From positions 1 to 64,000 of the forward strand of contig BTVY01000001.1 in assembly GCA_045863335.1 (NCBI GenBank): a DNA stretch of 64,000 nucleotides, in the 5' to 3' direction. The notes beneath the pieces were generated by a model, which ran no database searches, had not been told where the DNA came from, and saw nothing but the letters and a program-made list of their open reading frames with translations. Below are positions 39,203 through 47,281 of the stretch, piece by piece (the stretch's first letter is position 1; each line of letters begins with the position of its first letter). A program made the translations under genes and the position numbers. Origin of the DNA: Candidatus Hydrogenedentota bacterium (GTDB lineage: Bacteria > Hydrogenedentota > Hydrogenedentia > Hydrogenedentales > SLHB01).

Positions 39203-41476
39203 ATGAAGCACGTGTTCATATCACATGCAGGAGCCGACAAAGAGATTGCGGAGAAGCTCTTTGAGGATTTGCGGAACGCTGGACACTCCACAGTAATCGA
39301 CATCCACGAGCTCCAACTTGGCAATGACCTCGTGGACTTTATTAACGATAGCATTACGGATGCCCACACGATCCTATTGTTATACTCTCGCCACACCCCC
39401 CAAGCCCGCTGGCAGAAGCTAGAGATCAACGCTGCCGTTTGGAACGAGGTCGAGCAGGACGGTGGAACTTGCATCGTCGTTCGCCTAGACGACACTGACG
39501 TACCTCCAACTCTTGGACCTAAAGTCATGGGGCGGTTGGAGACCGATAAACCTGAATCATACAAGACGCTTCTCGATCAACTCTGCGAAACACTTCTACC
39601 GAAAGAAACAGCTTCTTCAATTGTCGCCAAGGCATTCCGCAGCAACTCTCAAAACCCATTCCGCCGTGTTCGCGCTGAGTTCTTCGAAGATAGACCCGAC
39701 CTTCTTGCTGCAACCTTCGCCCCACCGGAGGCTCTCAAGGCGGGTGCTCTAGAGGAAATGAAGCCCTGCTTCCTAGAAGGATCTCGCGGTACGGGAAAGT
39801 CTATGTTGCTGCTATCCTTGCGAGCTCGCAACTATTTGGCAAGATACAAGCAGGTACCGGAGCGATTCTCGATATTTGGATTCTACCTGAAACTGACACG
39901 AGGCGCTCTGTGCAACGCGGGCCTTACCGTCGACGAAACTTCGTTGCTAGATTTCCCCGCTAGAGAACGAACACAGATTGTCGACATGTCATCACAAGAG
40001 ATCTATCTTTGCCTTCTTGAGAGCCTTATCTCCGAAATAGTTTTTTGCACTCGCGAAGCCACACTTGAACTGACTCCGTCCAAGGAGAAACTGATCGCGG
40101 ACGAGATCGCGGAGCTTTTAATACCCCACGAGGCCAATCGGCCAACCACCCTGGAGGAACTAGCCGATCTTCTGGCCCGCACCCATACTAGGATCGCCAG
40201 TTTTATGCGTGCGCGATTCGTCTACATGGAAGTGGGTCTAGCGCCAATAACGACTCTCGATTTGGAGTCATTCAAAAGGGCCCTGGATGCGATTCGCAAG
40301 CATATACCGCAACTTCAGGCATCGCTTTTTATCGCCCTACTGGACGAATATGAAAACCTCTTTGCTTATCAGCAACGTATCGTTAATGGAATAATAAAGC
40401 TTGCCACTCCATCGTTCTCTGTTAAAGCCGCCAAGAAACTTGGTAGTGACGATGTATCCGGCACCACGACCGGCCAAGAACTTCAAGAGACTCACGACTA
40501 CACGCGACTGATGTTGGTTTACGACGTAGAGCATTCTGAGCAACTAAGGCATTACAAAAACCTGCTCTCCACAATCGTTTCCAACCTCCTTCAGAGTGAG
40601 AATTGGCCCGCGCATAGTATTGATGCACTACTCCCAGAGGATCGCTCAATTGAAGTTGATGAGTCGAAATGGCTAGATGAAGTATCGCGTCTCTGCAAAG
40701 TGAACAAGGACGAGTTTTTGGCTTGGCCCGAGGAGCGTCGCAAAGAAAAACTAACCTACTATGGCGAAGCGGCAACTTATAGAGTTCTCTACGGCTCGAA
40801 GGGTCGCAGAAGACCTAAACGGTTCTGCGGCTTTCATGATATGGCATTCTTGAGTTCCGGCGTGATTCGCTATTTTCAAGAGTTCTTGGGTGTCAGTTTT
40901 CACATGCTCCAAGATGAGGAAACGCATGAGAAAGCGCTGTCAATTCCAGCGTCTATACAAACTAGAGCTATCCACCTAGTTTCGGAGCATAACCTTACTA
41001 CTCTAAGCCGAAATGTTGAACTGCATGGGGAAGTGCTCAAATACTTGCTTCTTGATATTGGAGATTGTCTGCGCCACAAGCTTCTAAAGCACGGGAGCGA
41101 ACCTGAGGCAGCGCGCATTGTACTCGTCGATCCTGAGAATCTGCATGATGAGAATATGGTCGCTCTACGCGAATTGATACTCGTCGGTGAGCGAGAAGGT
41201 GTGTTTCAAACCAAAGAAGGCCGACCAACGTACAAACCACGACACGGATCAGATCCGCAACCAGCTGAACTTCGACTCTGCCGAGTATTCGCCCCCGTCC
41301 TTGAGATAAGTCCTCGCTTGCGCTGGCGTACAGAGGTACGATGCGATCAACTTGCAGGGCTGCTCATTCCTGGGCTTCGCGGTCAGGCGGTTAGTAAATT
41401 GAAGAAGAGTATGGTACGCGAAGTTGGCGGCGGCGACCAGAGTGAGTTTCCACTTTCAAAGGAGATCAAGCGGTGA
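39203..41476 (+). CDS. TIR domain + P-loop NTPase (ORC/CDC6-like AAA+) protein
   Basis: TIR: HVFISHAGADK..LLLYS..WQKLEINAA; NPF motif; Walker A FLEGSRGTGKS; Walker B ALLDEYENL; LSSGVIRYF. Confidence 0.85.
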   Translation: MKHVFISHAGADKEIAEKLFEDLRNAGHSTVIDIHELQLGNDLVDFINDSITDAHTILLLYSRHTPQARWQKLEINAAVWNEVEQDGGTCIVVRLDDTDVPPTLGPKVMGRLETDKPESYKTLLDQLCETLLPKETASSIVAKAFRSNSQNPFRRVRAEFFEDRPDLLAATFAPPEALKAGALEEMKPCFLEGSRGTGKSMLLLSLRARNYLARYKQVPERFSIFGFYLKLTRGALCNAGLTVDETSLLDFPARERTQIVDMSSQEIYLCLLESLISEIVFCTREATLELTPSKEKLIADEIAELLIPHEANRPTTLEELADLLARTHTRIASFMRARFVYMEVGLAPITTLDLESFKRALDAIRKHIPQLQASLFIALLDEYENLFAYQQRIVNGIIKLATPSFSVKAAKKLGSDDVSGTTTGQELQETHDYTRLMLVYDVEHSEQLRHYKNLLSTIVSNLLQSENWPAHSIDALLPEDRSIEVDESKWLDEVSRLCKVNKDEFLAWPEERRKEKLTYYGEAATYRVLYGSKGRRRPKRFCGFHDMAFLSSGVIRYFQEFLGVSFHMLQDEETHEKALSIPASIQTRAIHLVSEHNLTTLSRNVELHGEVLKYLLLDIGDCLRHKLLKHGSEPEAARIVLVDPENLHDENMVALRELILVGEREGVFQTKEGRPTYKPRHGSDPQPAELRLCRVFAPVLEISPRLRWRTEVRCDQLAGLLIPGLRGQAVSKLKKSMVREVGGGDQSEFPLSKEIKR

Positions 41477-42417
41477 AAAGGCTCCTTCAAAGCGCCGAAC
41501 TTCCGACACATAGCGTATTGGTGACATGTTCGAGCCATGAAGATAGATGCCTCGCGTTTCTCTCCAGGATCAGTGATTGGAAACCCAAAATGGCGGTGGT
41601 ATTCCACTACGACGACGAGAACCCAAAACGTGAGAAGAATCATAGTTTGATGCTTGCCAAGCTCGAGGAAACGGATATACCCGCCCGCGAAGTAGTCTTC
41701 ACTGAACGAAGAATTGTTAAGAGCTTTCGAGAAAATACAAAACTTTTTCACGAGACACTTTTGCAGAGCGACGTACAGAACGTCGTTCTGGATATTTCTG
41801 TATTCACCAAGAGGCACTTACTCACCTTGCTTCAGTGGTTCGACGACCACAGCTTTTGGGACCATCTACACGTCGTTTACAGTGAGCCGGAAGAGTATAT
41901 CGTGTCCACCCATATACCGCTTTCCTTTGGCCTTTCGTCAATGCGACAGATACCGGGGTTTCCTGCCAGCCCAAATCTGAGCCGGCCACTTCATCTTGCC
42001 CTGTTCCTTGGATACGAAGGCGACCGTGCCCTTGCTGTACATGAGCATGTGCAACCTATGACCACCACAATGTTCATAGGCGACCCGCCATTCCGACCTG
42101 AGTGGCGGGGCAGGTCCGAACTCTTCAACCAAGAACTGATTGCAATAGTGGGTGAAGATCGCGTAAGAAATGTTGATTCTATCGACCCAATGAAGACCCT
42201 TGATGCCCTGATCCAGATTTTCGATACCGGATCGCACAGGAGCCCCTATTCTAGGGCAATCTCGCCGTTGGGTACTAAGCCTCAAACACTGGGAATATAT
42301 GAGTACTTGCGACAAACAGACGATGCACCGGCGGTTGTATATGCCAGTCCGCTTAGGCATAATCATCGATTCTCATCAAGGGGGTTCGGACCGACGTGGA
42401 CATTAAAGGGTGACTAA
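41473..42417 (+). CDS. Hypothetical protein with two tandem CARF-like Rossmann domains
   Basis: Half 1 VTCSSHEDR..VVLDISVFTK..VVYSEPEEY; half 2 LFLGYEGDR..AISPLGTK..VVYASP; GTGA overlap with the upstream gene; fold assignment is inferred. Confidence 0.6.
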   Translation: MKRLLQSAELPTHSVLVTCSSHEDRCLAFLSRISDWKPKMAVVFHYDDENPKREKNHSLMLAKLEETDIPAREVVFTERRIVKSFRENTKLFHETLLQSDVQNVVLDISVFTKRHLLTLLQWFDDHSFWDHLHVVYSEPEEYIVSTHIPLSFGLSSMRQIPGFPASPNLSRPLHLALFLGYEGDRALAVHEHVQPMTTTMFIGDPPFRPEWRGRSELFNQELIAIVGEDRVRNVDSIDPMKTLDALIQIFDTGSHRSPYSRAISPLGTKPQTLGIYEYLRQTDDAPAVVYASPLRHNHRFSSRGFGPTWTLKGD

Positions 42418-43600
42418 CGCAATGCCCCCTTCTCCATCGTATATTGATCGGTACCCCGCGAAGATGGTCCATCACTTGGCATCCAGGTTGATTGATTCCT
42501 ATGCGCGAAAGGCGACGAGGATTCTCGACCCGTTCTGCGGGTCCGGAGCTGTCTTAGTGGCTGCACAACGCAGAAGAATCCCCGCCTATGGGATAGATCT
42601 AAATCCAGTTGCGGGGCTGCTCACGCGAGTGAAACTTGAGGGATTTGACCAACGAGAGTTGGTTGGCCTCACTGAGAAACTGTTGGACTCAGCCGAGTCG
42701 GGTAAATCCTGTTTGCCCATGTCATTACCTAACAAATGCTACTGGTTTACCCCCGCAACTCTGGCCAAGATCGAGTCAATTCGTGGCGCCGCTTCCATTT
42801 CAGACCTTTGGAACTCGCGCGAGGGCAGGGCCTTGGTACTAGCGTTCGCACTAAGCATACGACTGTGTTCCAGGGCCGACCAGCGTAGTCCAAAGCCGTT
42901 TATCTCGAAACAAGCACGAAGCTCACGAGTGGGCCGACATTACGACCCATATACTATCATCAACAAAATCGTCGAGGAAATCTCCGATCACTATGGCGAA
43001 CAACGCCAAACAACAATGACAGCGTTCGGCAGGGGCGACATTGTATCCGACCGCAAATTGATAAGGTTTATGCCCGGCACCTCTCACGTGATCACATCGC
43101 CACCTTACATTAACGCTCAGGATTACTTCCGGAATTTCAAACTTGAATTGCACGCATTGGAAGGCGTATTGCCATTCCGAGTAGCAGAGCTTCGCGACCG
43201 ATTTATTGGTACTGAGCGCGGCGATTTACTCCGCCCAGTAACAAGCTTACGGATCTCGGAGAACATACGCATGCTCCCCGAACTTCCGGATCTCGCGAAG
43301 CGGAAGCCCAGACATGCTGCCATAATTCATCGTTATCTTTCGGATATGTACCATACTTTCAAACAGTTATCTTGCCACATGAACCGCAAATCAACGTTTG
43401 TGCTGGTGTGCGGTGATAACCTCGTGGGCGGAGTTCACATTGCCACCTGGCAATTGCTTGGATCGATGCTTGAGCAATTGGGCTACTGTCTGCAGGATCG
43501 CTTCGCCGATCCAATTATAGATCGGGTCCTTGCGCCAAAAAGGTGTGGCCATAAGGGACTAATCAAGGAGGAGGTCATCTCTGTCTTCGAAAGGTTCTGA
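42410..43600 (+). CDS. Site-specific amino-DNA methyltransferase (m4C/m6A, alpha-type motif order)
   Basis: YPAKM, motif I ILDPFCGSG, GIDLNP, motif IV VITSPPY; overlaps the upstream stop. Confidence 0.85.
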   Translation: MTNAMPPSPSYIDRYPAKMVHHLASRLIDSYARKATRILDPFCGSGAVLVAAQRRRIPAYGIDLNPVAGLLTRVKLEGFDQRELVGLTEKLLDSAESGKSCLPMSLPNKCYWFTPATLAKIESIRGAASISDLWNSREGRALVLAFALSIRLCSRADQRSPKPFISKQARSSRVGRHYDPYTIINKIVEEISDHYGEQRQTTMTAFGRGDIVSDRKLIRFMPGTSHVITSPPYINAQDYFRNFKLELHALEGVLPFRVAELRDRFIGTERGDLLRPVTSLRISENIRMLPELPDLAKRKPRHAAIIHRYLSDMYHTFKQLSCHMNRKSTFVLVCGDNLVGGVHIATWQLLGSMLEQLGYCLQDRFADPIIDRVLAPKRCGHKGLIKEEVISVFERF

Positions 43601-43639
43601 GTCCGCAGCAATCGGCAATAGCGAATGTTTTTCCTTAGC

Positions 43640-43677
43640 GGGCGGCTCGCGCCGGTCTTGGTGCGAGCCGCCCCTTT
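43640..43677. terminator. GC-rich hairpin between convergent genes (possible terminator)
   Basis: gggcggctcgc..gcgagccgccc stem followed by cttt. Confidence 0.55.
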
Positions 43678-43685
43678 GTATCCCT

Positions 43686-45122
43686 TCACGCCTCCTGCAC
43701 GACCTTGAAGCCCATAAGGTGGGCGAGGTCGTTGATGCTTTGGCTGTGGTCGCCGTAGAAGACGACGCGGTGGAGCAGAGTCATGGTATCGCTGCCGAGG
43801 AGGTCTGCGCCCCAGTTTTGGAACATGCTGCGAGCGTCGGCGACTTCGGTGACGAATTGCGTGCGGCACCCGAGTTCGTCGTGGGTCACGTCGATGATCT
43901 TGCCCGTGGACAACAGCATGGTGTCGAGATTGACGAACTTCGCGCAGGTGACCGGCTGGCCGATGCGGTTCTCCACGTCGAGCGAAACGCCCCGGTCGCT
44001 GTCGGTCTGGGTGCGGATGGTGAAGGGCAAGCGCTCGCCGTCCGGTCCGTCCATGCGCGTGGCGGACGTGCAGTGGAAGTGGATGAGCGCGTTGCGGGCC
44101 GTATCGAACACGGGATCCGTAATGAACCCCGGCACGCCAAAGGCGTAGCTGAACATCAACATGGTCAGCGTCGAATCCATGTCGCCTTCGCAAGCGCCGA
44201 CGAATCCCATGTCATTGAGTTTGCTGAACGCGAGACAGCCTTTCGCGGGTTCACCCATGCAATTGGAACTCGTAACGGCCTGCGCCCCGTGGGCAATCAT
44301 GAGTTCCTTCATGGCGAGGTAGAGCCGCGTCGCGTCGACGATTTCCTGCCGCGTGGGTTCAACGATGGCCTTGGCCTGGCCGAGCCAATAGGCTTCCGCC
44401 TCGGCCTCGGCAAGGGCCGGGTCGACCGCGTCAAACGCGGCAATCGTATCCTCCACCGTGATAGGAATCATCTCGGCGCCCCACCGCTCTTTGAGTTGCG
44501 CGCCGTCGCAGGCAGCCGGCGTACCCATAGGGCCGCGCACGACGAGGATCTTCGTGTTCCGCATGCGCGACGGCACCCGCATGAGCGCGGCAACCCGGTC
44601 GATCTCGCTCCAGTCACTGGACGGAATCGAAACCACCTTTTTGCCTTCCTTTTGCCAGAGCGGGAAGTACATCCAGCCGTGGCCGCTGAAGGGTTGCGAG
44701 AACACGGCCGTGGGCAGGCCCGCGGCGACGATCTGTTCCATGGCTTCCCGTGGCGCGCCGCCGCCGTGGCCGGACAGGTGAAACATGAGCACGCCATCGG
44801 CCTTCGGGAGCTGCTCCAGTACGGCGGGCAATTCATCCGGCGGCACCAGTTGGCCGCCCACGAATTTCACGTCGCCCAAGCGGGTTTCCAGATCCGCGAG
44901 GTAAGCCTTGAACTTGTTGATCTCTTCGGTCGGACGGGAAAGATAGATGTCGCCGGTGCGGCCGATGAACACGGAATGGATGTTGATCAGTTCGGGCTTG
45001 GGCCAACGGTCGTCGTCGAAGGCGACGGTCCGTGCGTAGCTCTTCATCTGCGATGCGAGCAATACGCCCCCGGCCACACTGCATCCCAGGAATTGCCGCC
45101 GGCTCACGCAAGAAGAACACAT
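43686..45122 (-). CDS. Tat-signal L-fucose/L-arabinose isomerase-like protein
   Basis: SRRQFLG twin-arginine motif; PAKGCLAFSKLND, GACEGDMDS, HFHCT, CRTQ, LHRVVFYGD. Confidence 0.72.
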   Translation of the reverse strand: MCSSCVSRRQFLGCSVAGGVLLASQMKSYARTVAFDDDRWPKPELINIHSVFIGRTGDIYLSRPTEEINKFKAYLADLETRLGDVKFVGGQLVPPDELPAVLEQLPKADGVLMFHLSGHGGGAPREAMEQIVAAGLPTAVFSQPFSGHGWMYFPLWQKEGKKVVSIPSSDWSEIDRVAALMRVPSRMRNTKILVVRGPMGTPAACDGAQLKERWGAEMIPITVEDTIAAFDAVDPALAEAEAEAYWLGQAKAIVEPTRQEIVDATRLYLAMKELMIAHGAQAVTSSNCMGEPAKGCLAFSKLNDMGFVGACEGDMDSTLTMLMFSYAFGVPGFITDPVFDTARNALIHFHCTSATRMDGPDGERLPFTIRTQTDSDRGVSLDVENRIGQPVTCAKFVNLDTMLLSTGKIIDVTHDELGCRTQFVTEVADARSMFQNWGADLLGSDTMTLLHRVVFYGDHSQSINDLAHLMGFKVVQEA

Positions 45123-45474
45123 GGGTACCTCCTTGGGCCGAGGCAAGTCCCCCGGCCCCGTATCCACCAGAGATCATCCGATGAAAACAAGGTCCCCGTT
45201 CCGGCAGAGCACACAGACAGAGCGAGCGTTCGGCCGCCCCATCCCCCGTTTCCGGGACGACTCATGGTGGGAGAAAATCGGCGGGTGGATCGCACCACCC
45301 TCCCCCGTGGGTTTAGTCTAGCCCTTTCCGCCGGATCTGGCAAGGGCATTCCAACGCGGGGCAATCGCTCCAAGACTTCCAAATGCTTCGGCGTGGGAAT
45401 TCATCTGCGAACGCGGAAGGCATAGAAACTGAAAAGATGGCCCCCCATTCGCGAGGGTGACGGGGTAGTGCTTC

Positions 45475-45563
45475 CTGTAGCGCCCGGTTTCCATGCCGGG
45501 CGAGATTCACATCCGCTAATTCACGGAGAAACAACGCCCGCCATGGAAGGCGGGACGCTACAG
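45475..45563. repeat. GTAG-type REPIN (copy 2)
   Basis: Arms identical to 9163-9249 with a different spacer; a degenerate GTCA-REP lies adjacent at about 45434-45462. Confidence 0.8.
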
Positions 45564-45594
45564 ATTGTCCTATGCTGATTTCTGCCACGGGTTG

Positions 45595-47187
45595 CTAAAC
45601 CAGCGGCGTTCGGTCCTGGGTCCAGACGGTCAGGTTGGTGAGGTCGCGGGGTTTGCGCGGCAGAAGCAGGCCCATCGCGTAACCCGCGATAAACATGACG
45701 ATATGGCCGATCACGCCGGTGTAATACACGTCGATGGGCAGGCGCAGACTCTCCGGAATGCGGAGCCACTCGGGCAGCGCGGTGTCATACTGGATGAACG
45801 TCATGTAGGCGGACCAGAGCACGGTGCATCCGATCGCGATGCCCACGCTGCGGGCGTCGCCGATCCGCGTGAGGAATCCGAGCAGGTAAAGGCCCAGCAG
45901 CCCGCCCGCGATGATGGAACTGATGATCAATCCGGTTTCGGCGATCGTCTTGCTTTCCGAAACGAGGAATACCCAGGCGCCGCCGATCATCATCACCGAT
46001 GCCGCGATGCCGATCCACCGCGCCACGGAGAGGTAATGCTTGTCGTCCCGGTGCTTCACGAGATGGCGGCGGTACACGTCGACCACGCTGACCGTGGCAA
46101 TGGCGTTGATGCTGGAATCCAGGGAAGACATGGCCGCGGCAAAGATCGCGGCGAGTACAATGCCGGTCAGCCCCGCGGGCAGTTTCTGGCTGATGAAGTA
46201 CGGCAGGATCTCCTCTGCTTTGCGCGCGCCGGTCAACATGCCATCGGCGGCGGAGTCGGGGTGCGCCTGATAGTACACATAGAAGGCTGTGCCCAGGAAG
46301 TAGAAGAAGATCCACATCCCAAGACTTGCGATGCAACTGACGAACAGGGCCTTCCGGGCTTCGTGCATGTTGGCCGATGCGCAATAGCGTTGCACGACGT
46401 TCTGGTTGCACGCGTACTCTGCCATGAAATGGGTTAGCCCCACGAAGAAGATCATCAGCGCGGTCTTCTCGCTGAGGCTAAAGGTCCAGGAGGCCTGCCG
46501 CAACGAACCGTCCGGCATAAGCTCTCGGAACGCGAGCTTGTCATGCGCCAGCCCGACCGAAACAATCTCGCCAAATCCGCCCGGCAACGCCTGGACGACC
46601 GCGACGAGACACAGCACGGCCCCCACGGCCAGCACGATGGTCTGGACCACGTCGGTCCAGACCACCGCCTCGATGCCTCCCGCCACGGTATAGAAGGCGA
46701 CAAACACGCCGCATAGGAGAATGCAGATCGTCGGATCGAGCCCCGTGACCGTGGCGAACATGAGTGCGAGCAGATACAGGACCATCGCGAGCCGCGTGAC
46801 CTGGGATATGAGAAAGGCCAGGGCGCCGTAGAGGCGCGTGGACGGGCCAAACCGCGCTTCCAGATACTCAAAGGCCGATGTGACTTTGCCGCGCCGGTAG
46901 AAGGGAAGAAAGAGGTAGGCGCCCGCAAACACCGCCAGGGGGAATCCGAGACTGAACGCGAATCGAATCCACGAGGTCTTGTACGAGTCCGCGGGAATTC
47001 CAAGAAAAGAGTTGGAACTGATGGACGTTCCTACCAGGGAAATGCCGATGGCCCAACCGGGAAAGGCGCGGTTTCCCAGGAAGTATTCTTCCGTGCTGGT
47101 GTTGCGCCGGGCGAAATAGACACCGGCATACGCCATGCCCGCGAAGTACAGGACCATGACCAAATAGTCGATCCAGGAAACGCCCAC
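45595..47187 (-). CDS. Sodium:solute symporter (SSS family; sugar/sialic acid-like)
   Basis: EYFLGNR, AFEYLEARFG, GGIEAVVWTDVVQ, NQNVVQRY, AAAMSSLDSSINA. Confidence 0.92.
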   Translation of the reverse strand: MGVSWIDYLVMVLYFAGMAYAGVYFARRNTSTEEYFLGNRAFPGWAIGISLVGTSISSNSFLGIPADSYKTSWIRFAFSLGFPLAVFAGAYLFLPFYRRGKVTSAFEYLEARFGPSTRLYGALAFLISQVTRLAMVLYLLALMFATVTGLDPTICILLCGVFVAFYTVAGGIEAVVWTDVVQTIVLAVGAVLCLVAVVQALPGGFGEIVSVGLAHDKLAFRELMPDGSLRQASWTFSLSEKTALMIFFVGLTHFMAEYACNQNVVQRYCASANMHEARKALFVSCIASLGMWIFFYFLGTAFYVYYQAHPDSAADGMLTGARKAEEILPYFISQKLPAGLTGIVLAAIFAAAMSSLDSSINAIATVSVVDVYRRHLVKHRDDKHYLSVARWIGIAASVMMIGGAWVFLVSESKTIAETGLIISSIIAGGLLGLYLLGFLTRIGDARSVGIAIGCTVLWSAYMTFIQYDTALPEWLRIPESLRLPIDVYYTGVIGHIVMFIAGYAMGLLLPRKPRDLTNLTVWTQDRTPLV

Positions 47188-47281
47188 GTGCTCCCTCCCG
47201 CCGCCGCAAAAGGCGAGCCAAACCTAGCACATGGGCGGTGCGACTACAAGGCGAGGCGGTAAGGTCTGTCGCGTGATAGGA

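Larger units (their letters stand above)
39070..43620. other. Low-GC genomic islet (putative defence cassette)
   Basis: Abrupt compositional shift; 15 CTAG tetramers counted in 39170-42850 whereas CTAG is sparse in the rest of the window; no integrase seen. Confidence 0.8.

Noticed and set aside
39203-43600. Assignment to Thoeris, Avs, BREX, DISARM or a Type II RM system
   Set aside because: No ThsA (SIR2/SLOG/Macro), no TPR sensor region, no PglZ/BrxC or DrmAB helicase, and no recognisable restriction endonuclease.
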